From NCBI GenBank assembly GCA_965649765.1, contig OZ287755.1, positions 53,320,001-53,384,000 on the forward strand: a stretch of DNA of 64,000 bases. Direction: 5' to 3'. The notes beneath the pieces were generated by a model, which was not told where the DNA came from, did no database searches, and saw only the letters and a program-made list of their open reading frames with translations. How positions within the stretch are numbered: position 1 is the first letter of the stretch; each line of letters starts with the position of its first letter. Below are positions 49,247-62,510 of the stretch, in pieces. The translations under genes and the position numbers were made by a program. Origin of the DNA: Bispira polyomma. Lineage: Eukaryota.

Positions 49247-50490
49247 ATGTCTCAAGATAGAAATAAAGGACGTGGAGGGAAAGCAAAGAATAACAATCCT
49301 GCTGCCACAAAAGTGTCAAAACGTGATTACACGCTAGTTTCACCAAACACACCAGAAGAGATTTTGACACTGAACAGTATCCGGGCAATGGTGAATCAAC
49401 TACTAAGTAAATCTTTGGAGCCGATAACTGCTCATCTAGAAAGGTAACAGCGGGCAGTTGAGCTAAATTCTGACAAACTCCAGGAAAAGTTCAAATCCCT
49501 GGAAAAGGACAACATTGGTCTAAAAGACCAGTTCATTAAATCTGAAAAGAAAACACAGGAGCTTCAAGATAAAGTGACTGCCCTAGAGACAGCCTCAAGG
49601 AGAAACAACTTGAAACTCTTATATGTGAAATGTTATGCAGAAAATGGAAATTCTCGTGATTCTGTGGAAGATTGCGAGTCTCTTATCCTGAAACTTTGTG
49701 ATAAGTTTAACCTCGCGATCCAATCCAGTGATATAGAGAGAGCTCACCATACTGGCTACAGCAGAAACATGCCAAAACCTATTATTGTGAAATTTCAGAA
49801 CTTCAAAATCAGACAAAAAATCTTGAAAGCTAAACATTCATTTCGGGGGGGTGGGAATCACCGTTGTTGAGGACTTCCCTATTGAGGTTAGTAAGCACCG
49901 TAAAGTTTTCTTGCCTGTACTTCAAGCAGCATACAAATCAGGAGGCAAATACAAAGCTCATCTCAACATTAACAAATTGATCTTAAATGGAAAGGCATAC
50001 ACTACCAAGGACCTTCAAAAGCTGCCAGATGATCTTCAACCAGGACTCCTGTGTAATGTGTCGCGTGGTAACAAACTTGCTTTCTTTACTAAGCACTCAA
50101 AAATGTCCAACCACTACCCTTGCCAATTCTGTATTGACGGATTTGTTTTTGCATCAGTTGAACAATTCTTCATGTATAAAAAGGCTAAACACTTCGGAGA
50201 TGAAACTGCCGCAAGTGCTATTTTGAACACAGAATATCTCTTGGCAGAAAAATTGAAAACTTCAAATCAAATGAATGGAGGGAAGCTTGTAATAACTACA
50301 TGAGTCAAGGCCTACAAGCTAAGTTCAACCAAAATGTACATCTTGCCAGTTTCCTCAAAAGTACGGGAACACACATGTTGATAGAAGCTAATCCCACTGA
50401 CCTGTACTGGGGAGTTGGATTCTCTTTGCAAGATGAAGAACTATGGGAACCTGACAAGTGAAAAGGCAGGAACGAACTGGGTAAAATGGG
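49247..50490 (+). pseudogene. LINE ORF1p (coiled coil, RRM, CTD) fused to a C-terminal NADAR (YbiA-like) domain
   Basis: SRRNNL, IERAH, PKPIIVKF and VEDF L1-ORF1 motifs continue in frame into FFTKHSKMSNHYPCQF..FASVEQFFMYKKAKHFGD, then after a frameshift GRKIENF..EW..GLQAKFNQN..L.STG..LIEANPTDLYWGVG..*KGRNELGK. Stops at 49445 and 50459; frameshifts at ~49848 and ~50238. Confidence 0.88.
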
Positions 50491-50963
50491 CTCATGCCAC
50501 TTTATGGTTATACATGTCACTGCAGGAAAACCTTCAATGTCAAAATTGGTTTAGCCTAAAATATAGAACAATCTTTTACAGTTTTACCTGATATCTCCCA
50601 AAACACACATACTCACACTATTTTTACTAATATGTCAGTTTGCACCATTTCTCCAATGTATATACTTTTATTGTTGTATCACTGTTCTTACATGTTTTCT
50701 ATGTATAGGGCAGTGAATGCAGCTTTATTGTTTTTTGTTTCTGTTGCTATATATGTGCTACATTATAGAACACTTTTGAATATTTGTAACGTTTATTTTT
50801 TCTGAAAAATTATGTTTCGGTATATATGTATCGTGTTAAGTGAAAAAAATGTCAATTGCTTTTTGGTACTGACAATTACCCAGAGTACGGATAATTCCTT
50901 GCTATGGATAACTTTAACGACTTTTGTTGACAATAGCTTAGAAATATTGGTCATACCATCACA

Positions 50964-53900
50964 ATGACTGACATATTAAACATATACAGTTTTAATACAC
51001 GAGGCTCAGGCAATATAAAGAAAAGGCAATCAATTTTTTTGTGGCTTAAGTCAAAAGACCTTGGTATATAATTTCTGCAAGAAATGCACACAACTTCGGC
51101 TGCTGAGCGGGAATGGAAGCAACAATGGGATGGTAGGGTAGAGTTTTCTCATAGTGAATCGAACTGTAGAGGCGTAGCGACTTTGTTTGCGAAAACTATA
51201 AATTTAGACATTCTGAATATTGTTAAAGATTCTGAAGGAAGGTTTCTATTGTTGGAATGCACAATATGTGACATCAAATATATATTAGTAAACCTGTATG
51301 CCCCTACCTCCGACAATAAAACTGGGCAAACCACATTTGGAGAAGATATTTACTCATACTTAGAAATGTATGCTGGTCAGAATCTCACAATAGGTGGAGA
51401 TTTTAATACTAGTATCGATGATCTACAAAGAAACTTTGCCTCATATGTTGGAAAATCGCCCTGTTACAGTGAGTACTTAATCAAAACAATGCAATTATTA
51501 TATATTGTAGATATATGGAGATTACGCTTTCTGGACACAAACAGATTTACTCGGACAGAAAAAACAAAGAGTGGATTTGCCCAATCAAGAATTGACTATT
51601 TTTTAATCTCCTGTCACCTCGAATATGTTACCAAAATTGCTAAAATAATCCCTAGCATTAAATCTGATCACAGCTTGCTTCATATTTCTTTAAAATTTAT
51701 AGGTGAACAACAGCGTGGCAGAGGTCTATGGAAACTGAATGTTAGTTTCCTACAAAGTAGTGATTTTTTGAAACTTATGAAAGATACAATACACAGTGCA
51801 AAATCTGACATCCCAAATCTGACTAACAGTTTATATCCATGGGATTTTATAAAGTGTAAAATACGTACAGAATCTATCACATATTCAATTAAAAAAAACA
51901 AAGAAAGCAAAACATGTCTCAATTTGCTCTCATCAAGGCTCTTAGCCTTAGAAGAGCTGTTTAGCAACATCCCTTCAGAAAGTATTCATAACGAAATAAG
52001 CTTAGTCAAAAATAAAATAGAAAATATCTATAATGAAAAAGCTATAGTGAGTATTATTAGGTCAAGATGTCATTGGTGGAAGAATATAAAAAACCAACTA
52101 GATTTGTTCTAAATCTTAAAAGGGCCAATTATAACATAAAACATATACGTGCTTTAAATGTAGGCGGAAAAAAGATTTTTGATCCCCAAGAAATATTGAA
52201 TGCACAAAAAACTTATTACCATAATCTTTATAATAACCTAAGCAAAGACAAGACTGATACACTTAATATAGCATCTTATCTCACCAAGGCGAGTCTACCA
52301 AAAATCACTGAGGAAACTAAACAATTTTGCAATGCAGACATATCTATGGAAGAAATTAACAAAGCTGTAAAGGACTTAGAGGGAAATAAAACACCCGGGC
52401 CTGATGGAATTCCAAGTGAATATTATAAATATCTATGGGATGACTTATCTGACACTATTCATTGTAGCTTTATAAAGACCTTGAATCGGGCCAACTTACT
52501 CCTAGTCAAAAAAACAAGGTAATAACTTTAATTCCGAAGAAAGACAAAGACCTAACTGAACTGAATTCTTGGCGTCCACTGTCAATTTTGAATACAGACT
52601 ATAAAATTTTAGCAAAAATACTTAGTAACAGATTATAAGTAGCATTGAAAGAATTAATCAATACTGAATGGAAAACCAATTCTGTGGTGAAAATACTAGA
52701 TTAATAACAGATATAATTGACTACTGCAAAATTTATCACGGCCCATGTGTTGTTCTTTTGGCAGATTTTGAAAAGGCCTTTGATACAGTAAACTGGGAAT
52801 TCCTTCACAAAACCTTGTCCTACTATGGTTTTGGAGATAATTTTCAGAAATGGATTTCTATCCTATATTATGATAGTGAAAGTTGTGTGTCAAATAATGG
52901 ACACCAATCTGCATATTTTAAGCTTTCAAGAGGTATCAGGCAAGGATGTCCTATTAGTGTCCTTTTATTCTTGTTAGTAGCCGAAGTTATAGCGATAGTT
53001 ATTCGTAATTCAAAAATGATCAACGGATTACAAGTAAATGAAACTTGTATTAAACTTTGTCAGTTGGCTGATGATATGACTCTATTTTTACAAAATGTAG
53101 AATCTGTTAAATTTGTTTTAGACCTCTTTGAAGAGTTCTACAGATATGCTGGTCTTAAATTAAATAAAAAAGAAGATAAGACTTTAGGAATAAAATGTAT
53201 AAATAAGCCTTTCAAAACATTGGGAATCTGGTTCTCTCTAAACACAGATGAAATTATTTCACTGAACATGAATGAGAAAATAAAAAAGATTAAAAACATC
53301 CTAAATCTCTGGATGTCCAGATGCCTAACATTGAAGGGCAAAATAACCATTCTAAAATTGCTAGTTATTCCTCATATTCTACAACTTGCCTCAGTTTTGC
53401 CATTTAGTAATAAGATATTGTCAGATTTGAATAACATGTTCTTCCAATTTGTTTGGAGTAATAAGAAACCTCTTGTTTCAGGCAATACTCTGATACAACC
53501 TGTGGATAGTGGTGGCTTAAAAATGATATCAATTACACATATAATCAAAACTGCAAAAATAATGTGGATTAAAAGATATCTAGACAGCAACAATTCAAAA
53601 TGGAAAAAAGTTACAGAAAAACTTATGGGCATTGATAAAAACCATCTATTAAGAAAATACCGGTACGCGAGGATTGAAAAAAACCAAAAACCTTATGTTA
53701 TCAAGATCTGCTCTGAATTTGGTGCAGCTTTATGAGATCAGAGCCAAAAAATATAGACAACTTTTTGAATGAACCTTTATTCTATAATGACCTCTTTACA
53801 ATTGGCAAACAGGTTATTTCTGTTGAATACTCTGAATGGCTCAGCAATGGAATAACTGTGGTGTCTGATATATTAGAAGATGAATGTACATTCAAAGCAT

Positions 53901-54672
53901 AATAGTCTTGGAGAGGGCATTCAATATAACAATTTCTGAAATGAAATACAATAAAATAATTAGTGCTGTATCCTCTGAATTAAAAAAAGTGCCTAAATTT
54001 AATAACTGGTCAATATATATTAAAAATGTGCCAAATCAGTGCATTGAAGATATAACAAAGCTAAAAAGCGCACAGGTTTATAACTATCTTATCAGGAGCT
54101 TAAACCATATACCAGCTAGTCAAAATAAATGGATAGAATACTACCCATTTTTAGAAACTATGAACTGGCATAATATCTACTTGCTGCCATCCAAGATCTT
54201 GCAAGATACTTATTTGGTTAGCCTTCAGTTTAAAATCCTTCATAGAATCTTTCCATGTAATTATAAATTGTCTATTTGGAATATAAAAGAGTCACCACTG
54301 TGCCACAGTTGTATGTCTATCGATAACATTGAACACTATTTTTTTTATTGTAGTAAAGCTGTTAATTTCTGGAAACAAGTAGAGAATTGGTTATTAGTGT
54401 CTATGTCCATTAATGTAAACTTTACAGTATTGCAAATACTATTTGGATTAATATGTTATGATACAAAATATTATTTCAGTGTGAATTACACAATTTTAAT
54501 TGGCAAATACTATATTTACCAATCAAAGAAAGATAGCAAGAAACTCTCCTTTTTAAAATTCCTCTGTATTTTAAAGAGCAATCTTAAAATAGAACATTCT
54601 ATTTTTATTAAAAATGGTAAAACTAATATTTTTGAAGATCGCTTTGGTCAGTTACTGTTAGCAATTGTTTAA
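50964..54672 (+). pseudogene. LINE ORF2p: APE endonuclease, reverse transcriptase, CCHC zinc finger
   Basis: SFNTRG, FLQE, NLYAP, GGDFN, SRIDYF, SDH; KTPGPDG, WRPLSILNTDYK, DFEKAFD, RGIRQGCP, QLADD; CHSC..EHYFFYC. Several stops and frameshifts. Confidence 0.95.
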
Positions 54673-55739
54673 TGTGTTAATGTAAAAAAGTTTATTTTTT
54701 GACATTGTTAGAAGTTACATGTTTTTAACTCGTATAAATATATACTAACTATATACCTGTTTACAATATGTACCTGTTCTGTTGTGTAGCATATATATGG
54801 GGAAAAAAAAGAATAAGATAAAAAGTATCTTGTTGTGATGGCCTACCAATCGAGTTCTATAATATATTTTTGTGTCTGCAAAATGGTCAGTGATCAACTG
54901 ATCAGAAGAAGAGTGATTATTTTCGTCTGCATAAGCCGCAGATTATATGTTGTTTTTTTTACAAAATAAATTAGCAAGTGCAGCTTATACACCCTGGTGG
55001 ATAATATGTCTGTTTTATTTCAGGAAGACAAACATTGAGATTTCATTGAATTCAAACAAAACTAATCCTGTTCAAACATAACTAATCCTCCCTCGAAAAC
55101 AGCACTTTTATCCCTGTGTTTTGCTTTTACTTCTATTCCACTCCTGTTGTAACGTAAACCAAAACTAGGGGGGGGGGGGGGGGGGGGGTTGTCACTCCCA
55201 GTGGGACACATGCCACAATTATGAGAGCTATATATCTGCAAATAAATGTGTTGTGTTAATAGCATTTTCATACCAGACATGTGCATTATTTTTAAAACAT
55301 CAAGAATGCAGATTTTTGAAACAAGAAGAAGGATATGTATGGAAATAGAGCTTTTCTCTGTTTACACACACATACATACACACCAATATAATAAAAACAC
55401 ACAAGCTGCAGACACATCAGAATTATAGGGGAGAAAAAAACATTTGTCATTGGAAAATTATACCTGCATGTATGTACAGTACATACTATATATTCTGAAA
55501 TGGCTTAGTCAACAGTGGCAAAAAGTGGTTATAAATAACTTAATATATATTATATAGTCTAGAGGTAAACTGCTTTTGGGACCTTTAACTGCGTTTCTGT
55601 ATAATCAGATGCATCCTGCTTCAAACAAGAAATCTGTCAGCACCCCACCCCATTCTTTATGGTTGGCACAGGTTTCAAGATGTGTGTGCTTCTCAGGAAG
55701 TATATTGTAGTGAACTGCCTCATATGTTCCACTTCATAA

Positions 55740-56577
55740 GGGGGGTTCCACATTCAAGTTCGATCGGCAAAATGGGCCCAATTTTAAAGTCGAGAAGGTC
55801 GGGGTGAAAAAATCAATAAAATCCTCTTTTTGTGCGGGAAAATGACACTGTGTCCTAACCTTGCCGATCGAACTGATTGCAGCCCGATTTGACGGGCCCG
55901 CGACCCCGATCTTACTTTACTGGTGATAGGATCTGATGTATCGCCCTAGGATCGAACGTATCGCCAATAGGATCTGACAGATTTAGATCCCCGACCATAA
56001 AGATCGAATGTAGAAAAGTCAAAGTAGGGACTGTTATTGTATATAATATATATAACAAAATGAGATGACTTTATGAAATAAAAGAAAAAATACCTGTTTA
56101 AACCTCATTTTTGATGAAAGTTTGTTGTAAGTAACAGCAAAAATTTTCTTCGTTCGCATACATAAACTGAACCGGAAGTGGGTTTGATGTCGCAAAGGTA
56201 AACAACTTTTGAACTGATTTCCGTTATCGGGACAGCCAAAATGACAAACCAGGCTTAAAATATGTGTCTTTATTCTTCCTGACCTTCCAGACCACCCCAT
56301 TTTTGACCCCCGACCTATACATTTCGACGGGCCAGCGTTAGGACAGGCTGGCAGTGCGCCCTGACCTATCTGACAGAACGTATCGCCAATAGGATCGAAC
56401 ATATTGATGGTCCCGACTTTGAGGTCCGGGACCAAAAGTCGGAACCATTTTCAAAATATCTAACTTTTTTGATATTCTTCCTGACCACCCCGTTTTTGTT
56501 CCCTGACCTCCCCGTATGTGTCCTCAACCTCAAAATCGGGAAGGTCAGGGAGCAAATCCTGAATGTGGAACCTGCAC
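55740..56577. mobile_element. MITE with GGTTCCACATTCA TIRs and TAA/TTA flanks (PIF/Harbinger-like)
   Basis: TAA|GGGGGGTTCCACATTCA ... TGAATGTGGAACCTGCAC|TTA; homologous inverted partial copy at ~62790-63345. Confidence 0.7.
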
Positions 56578-56858
56578 TTAAAAAAAAAACACTTTATATT
56601 TATTATCACAATTTTCTTCGAATTCACACATTAAATAGTTACAATAAAACATTATAAGTGACTAATTTCTCATTTGAACAGACTTTAAAACTTGTAACAA
56701 CACAGGAACTGTTTTGGTTATTATAATTTATTGTTATGTGATAATTAGCAAACATTTGGTGGTTTACAGAACTGACCACAGATGATAAGACAAAATACTT
56801 TCCCAGTACTACCAGTGGTAAGTATTTGATAATAATTCGTGGGAAGCTGAATAACCCT

Positions 56859-56984
56859 GCGTTCACACTAGCAAGTTTATCCGGATTGACCCAGATCAAT
56901 CCGGGGAAATTCCAATCCTTTTTTAGAGGTGGTTTAAAGCAGATTGGCCCAGATTGAGCCTACCCTCTTGCCAGTGTGAACACT
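56859..56984. mobile_element. Small MITE-like hairpin element
   Basis: GCGTTCACACTAGCAAG ... CTTGCCAGTGTGAACAC inverted termini. Confidence 0.55.
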
Positions 56985-58725
56985 CACAAGCTGATTGAGT
57001 GGGGTCACAGTGGAAGGTATTGTAAAACTTGAGATTTAAGCTGGGTGGCCTATAGATTGCAATTCATCACTGTATCAAGTCAGGTGAAAAGCTTGACTGA
57101 AATAGGCCTTAACTTTTTGATGGGAAGTAATGCTATTTTAAGTCAGTGATATAAAGATAGTAATCAAATAAATTGTGTTAAATGACACTTGGGCCTTATT
57201 TACTACTTGCCTTATTTGGGGGAGTAGTCTTTTTTCAAGTTGAACTTGTTTGATGTAGCTTAATTACACTAATAGGGACTTAGGTTTGATTTGAATTAGC
57301 CTAAAGCTGAGGGTTAAAGTTTTAAGGCATTGACACAGATTGCTAAACATGTTCGTCTGATGGATTAGAAGAAATCAAATATCCTTTTAAAAGTTTTGTG
57401 TAAAACATTGCTAATCAATGAACTAAGAAAATTAATTTCCCACACAAAAGTTCATTTTATTTTAAATAAAAAAACTAACAGATATATAACCCCACACTAA
57501 TTTACACAAGTCAAACAAACTAAATCATTCTGCTGAATAGTTGAGTTAAAATGTGTGCTTATAGATGACGGAGAATGTACTAAAAACTAAAACAGTATCA
57601 GAGGCAATCCTTCATCAGCTCTGTGTTATAAGTAAGTTTTTTAATATTAATTGCATGATATTAATTCCTATGGACTATGTTATTTAAATTAAAAGTTGTT
57701 CAGTCGCAAAGAAATCCAATGTTTAAAAAAAGTACAGTTTAAGTGTTATTAAATTTCATTTGCCTGAAACCCATTAAAGCCATCCCAAACTGATACGAAT
57801 GACAAAAAGATGACAAATTTATGATAATTTTTTATATGGAAATGGTATCTAAAACAACAAGCTTTTTAAAGGACAATTTAAAAATTGCTGAAAGCTTGTC
57901 AATTATTCATCACTAATTCGTCGTATATTTGTCTTTGTTGACAAATTTGTGTTACAAGCTTTTGACAAAATTTTGACAAAAAATAATTTGTTGTTTTAGG
58001 CACCATGTGGGACAAAAAAAAAATTGTCATATATTATTAAATAATTTCCAGTGTAGATAAATGCACGTGGCCTTGTTCATATTGGCTGACCTCATTTTGA
58101 GATTCATGAATATATATATTTAGAAAGGCCTGTCATCTAGTTTAGCTTAGATCACTTAAAACACTTTCTGAGCTTAGAAAACTTAAAAAGAAGGTTAACA
58201 TTTAACTGAACTTTTTTGTTAACGATACACAGAATATTTAAAATGAAAATGGATATAATTGCATCTGATTAACATTATGAAAGCTGTAATAAACACTGTT
58301 TGTCCTTTATTTTAATATATTTTTGCATAATATGGCAAATCTCTTGCCATATTTTACACCCCTAGTCCTTTTTATGGGGGATGCAAAATATGGCACTACA
58401 CCGGTACCAATATGACGTCACTAACTGCTATAGCCCAACTTAGGATCCTCAGTTTGGTAGCCTATCTTAAGATTGGCCAGGAAAAGTAGCCAAACTAAAG
58501 ATTGGATTTTAATTGAAAACTAACCATACTTGAAATTTTAATACAGAGACTTAATATGAATAGATACTAATTATATAATAACCTTTTATTAATAGCATTG
58601 AGTGACCATTCTATAAAAAACATAAAAAATAAATTACAAAATATATTATTATTACAGTCTATTTAAACTCTATATACAAACATTCAAAAAAAGAATATAA
58701 AAAAGATATTATTACAGTCACTGTT

Positions 58726-59375
58726 CTATTGTCTATTTAAACTCTGTGCAGAGTTTACACATCCACATTCTGGGCTTCTCGAGACTGCGGCACAAACTGT
58801 GTGACACTCCAAACTGCAAAGGCTACACTGGATAGTGGGCAGTCCCTGCATAACACTTCTACAGTAACACGCCATTGTTACCTTATCATCCGGAACTGGC
58901 AAACCATGTCTTGCTAGATCAGAGTGGAATGGAGTCATCTCTTCTTCATCTAGGCATTTGTAGAGGTGACTTCTAATGTTTTTGTGTCTAAGCTTACACG
59001 GATCTTGGCCATTTAAAAGTGATGTGGCAAAGGCGATAGCATATACACCACAGTCACTGCTGTTGTGTTGCATCTGGACAGGTTTTCTTTTTACTGTGAG
59101 TGTTGCTCCAGGGTCTCTCACAAACTGTCCAATAGTGTTTAATGTGTCCAAGCTTGCATTTAGATGTAAAGAATCATAAATATTTACAAATATTTTCTCA
59201 CCAAAATTAGAGATTGTGATCCAGTGGTTCCCATTGACATGCAGACACTGGACAAAATCACCTGATGGATGAGACCACTAATTATTTGGTCCCAAAACTG
59301 GATCTTGGAGTCAGAAAATGTATTCTTCAACAACCTTGAGGCAGCAAACATTTCATGGTCAGTCAGCCATTTCCC
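58726..59375 (-). pseudogene. Ulp1/C48-family cysteine protease plus PHD finger carried by the transposon
   Basis: KWLTDHEM, VQCLHVNGNHWITIS, IYDSL and QMQHNSSDCGVYAIAFA give the H-D-C triad and oxyanion Q; CYC..IQCSLC..CHTVC is a PHD pattern. Confidence 0.85.
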
Positions 59376-61680
59376 ATTTCAAAAAGCTTTAAATCACACT
59401 GACTAATGTCGTTTGCTTTGTTTGGATGGAAGTGTGTAGAGCATGCTATTTGATTTGATCCACAACTACAAGACTTGGATTTACATCCACCACAACAATT
59501 ACACTTTTTCACAAATCTGTTGTTAAATTTTTTACAACATTCTCTGAATGTAATTTTTTTAGACTCATCATGTGTTACATTTTCTGTATAATTCTGCAGT
59601 CTCCTGCTCTTAACTTGCCCTAAAGTATACCAAATTAGGTAGCAACCTGGTAATAGCCTGACTATTGAATTTTTATTTTTTTTTGAATTGGGATATTTAA
59701 CGTCCACTCTAGTACCTGTTTAGGTTGTATTGGGACGGGTAGTTGGAAACGCTGGAGGAAACACTGCATACAGTTGATCAAGGTTCTGCACTGAAACCAG
59801 CGGCCCAAAGTAAGGAACTACCACCTTTCCCACATAGGCATCAAAGATATTCGAACTCACGCCGCCCAGAGGTGATTGTGAAGCGCAATGCTTGCTAACC
59901 ACTAGGCCACCGCGGCCCCGTAATAGCCTAACTTCTAGAACATTTTAAGAACTTTTGCCGGGACCCAAAGCATATCTATGGCTGTCCTCTCATTCTTGGG
60001 GACAGCTACTGATACAGAAGTACCAAGTTGAAATTCCGCCACCTTTATCCTTTTCTTTTGCAAATATTACAGTGACATGACATCGGCCCTTCTTTTAATG
60101 TGTTCCAAGGCTATTTTCTTATTGCCTGAGCGATTCCTCAGTGAAGTCATCAGTCTTGATTCATCAGGTCTACTGTCAAGGTCATCTCTGAAGTGGAAGT
60201 CTACAATGGTGGGTGTTTCTATCTTCTTCACACATGTACCCCTGAGGGCTGGGACAGGAATTTGCTGGAAATCATCATCATCTTCTGAGTCTTCCTTAAT
60301 TAGCTGTGATTCCATCTATGGGAGTACAGGTGCAAGAGGAACGCGACCGAAAACCACTCTGTAAGGCATGTCTTGAGCTGTTCTTTTTGTCCCAGTGTTG
60401 ATGAAGTACATAATGTCAGGTAACCAGGAGGCCCAGGGCAGTATGTCTGCCAACTCCAGCTCGGCCTTTAACTTGGATATCTTGTCTTCCACCACCCTGT
60501 TTCCTGTTTCAACTTATCCCCGTGACTGAGAGTGCCTTGTACGTCCATTCACCAAGGTGATGTTGTAAGACCAATTTTTGAGCAGATTTCTGAGGACTTG
60601 ATTGCAGAATTCTCTAGCATTATCTGTGTGGAATATATGTGGCGCTCCAAAATAGGCCAGGACTCTCTCCTTAAATAACCTTGCAACCTCATCAGCTCCT
60701 TTGGTCTTCAGTGTAAAAAGTATATGAAACTTAGAGAAGTGATCCATGATGTGGCCTATATAATGGAATTCTTCATCTGGGGTATTCCTCATGTCTATCA
60801 AGTTCATCTGCAGTCTGTTCAGGAGATCACATTCAACAATAGGTTTGAGTGGTGCCCTGGTACTCTGAGACTGGCTGAGTTGACACACGGAACAGGTAAT
60901 GCAGAATTCCTGGATCAGGAAATCCCATGATATTGCCTCTGGATGGTATCTGCCACTTTTCTGTACCCACTGTGCTTGTGCTCTCTATTATGTACTTGGA
61001 AAACAACATCATACATCTGCCTTGTGGAAACAACTTTTAGAAATGATCCACTACCATCACCTGTAACCTGAAATAATAAAAAAATATATAAACTCAGTTA
61101 ATGTTATTATATTGGGTATAATTCTATTCTTTTATTATCATTACCTATCTCTAAATGGAATAGTGTGTTACATTATATAACCAGAAACTTTTTAACATTT
61201 AATGAATAATTCTGCAAACACACAAACTAACTAACAAGCAAACTTAACCATTGATTTTTTTTTCGATTTTTTTTTATTATCATTACAAGTTATCTCTAAA
61301 TTAAATAGTGTGTTACATTATATAATCAGAAACTTTTACTTTTTAACATGTAATGAATATTTCTACAAACACACAAACTAGCCAACAAGAAACTTAACAA
61401 TTTCATTTGCTAAACAGGTAATTACTGTAGTACTGATAACAAATATAGAAAACCACTTCAAATAAAAAATGTTTAAATACAATTACCTTTTTAGGATTAG
61501 GTACAACCAGGGTCTGGTCAACACCTAATTCAGGAAGGCTCACTGTTTGAAATTGTTTTTATCCATGATTAAAAATGAGGATCTCTGTTTATATCTGAGT
61601 CATTAAGATATTCAATAATGTTTGTAAACTTTGCCTCATTAATAACTGGTGATGTTTTTAAACTGTCTAATTTTTCCATG
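59363..61680 (-). pseudogene. Intron-containing integrase-like transposase (HHCC, DDE core, Cys-rich tail)
   Basis: Exon MEKLDSLK..VVPNPKK|GT, intron ~61068-61486, then AG|VTGDG..VHNREHKHSGYRK..CQ..RLQMNLIDM..DHFSKFHIL..FGAPHIFHTDNAREF..GRTRHSQSRG; C-terminal CNCCGGCKSKSCSC..CSTHFH. Confidence 0.85.
59720..59920 (-). mobile_element. tRNA-derived SINE inserted in the transposase
   Basis: GGGGCCGCGGTGGCCTAGTGGTTAG A-box and GAGTTCGAAT B-box; interrupts the LGYY|TGTRVDVKY reading. Confidence 0.75.
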
Positions 61681-61869
61681 AACTTTTCTATATGATTTCT
61701 GTGATATATAGAAGGTACTGTACAAGTAGTCTTCTTGACTGGTAATATGATAGAACATTGTAATGGTCTGATTTATATAGACAGCTTGAAGTTATAATTA
61801 CAATTAACACTTATAATATCTTTTTTGTTGGATCTGTGGTTTCCCATTTCATTTAAAATATGAAAGGAT

Positions 61870-62510
61870 GGACATGATTACTAACAGTAAATCCAATTAA
61901 GCTACTAAATCACAAATCAATTCGGATCAAACAAATCAACACACAACTATGGCTTCCTATTTTGTCATTCATCAAAGGGTGTACATGATTACCAACATTA
62001 AATCCAATTGAGCTATTGAACCACGCATCAATTCACATCAAACAAATCAACAGCTAACTGTGGCTTTCTATTTTGTCATTCATCAAAGGGTAAACATGAT
62101 TACCAACATTAAATCCAATTAAGCTATTGAACCACGCATCAATTCACATCAAACAAATCCACAGCTAACTGTGGCTTTCTATTTTGTCATTCTTTAAAGG
62201 GTGTACATGATTACCAATATTAAATCAAATTAAGCTACTGAACCACGCATCAATTCACATCAAACAAATCAACAGCTAACTGTGGCTTTCTATTTTGTCA
62301 TTCATCAAAGGGTAAACATGATTACCAACAGTTAATCCAGTTAAGCTTCTGAGCCACACATCAATTCAGATCAAACAAATCAACAGCTAACTGTGGCCTT
62401 CTATTTTGTCATTTATCAAAGGGTGTACATATTTACAAATAGTAAAGCCAGTTAAGCTACTTAATCACACATCAAGTTATATCAAACAAATCAAAACCTA
62501 ACTGTTTATT
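61870..62510. repeat. 111-bp tandem repeat, ~5.8 copies
   Basis: Unit anchor ACAT(GATTA) recurs at 61872, 61983, 62094, 62205, 62316 and 62427. Confidence 0.95.

Larger units (their letters stand above)
47925..54822 (+). mobile_element. Full-length, decayed Tx1/L1-clade LINE with candidate 12-bp TSD AAGTATCTTGTT
   Basis: ORF1, ORF2 (APE-RT-CCHC) and an A-rich tail at 54803-54824. Identical 12-mer at 47913-47924 and 54823-54834; the 5' boundary depends on this TSD. Confidence 0.8.

Noticed and set aside
50076-50490. Bacterial contamination as the source of the NADAR sequence
   Set aside because: It is in frame with LINE ORF1, has similar base composition, and shows the same mutational decay as the rest of the element.
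59720-59920. tRNA gene (also considered at 37468-37540)
   Set aside because: A and B boxes are present but there is no complete cloverleaf, and SINE body and tail follow.
61870-62510. Possible CRISPR array
   Set aside because: Units repeat over their full length with no unique spacers, no cas genes are present, and the context is eukaryotic.
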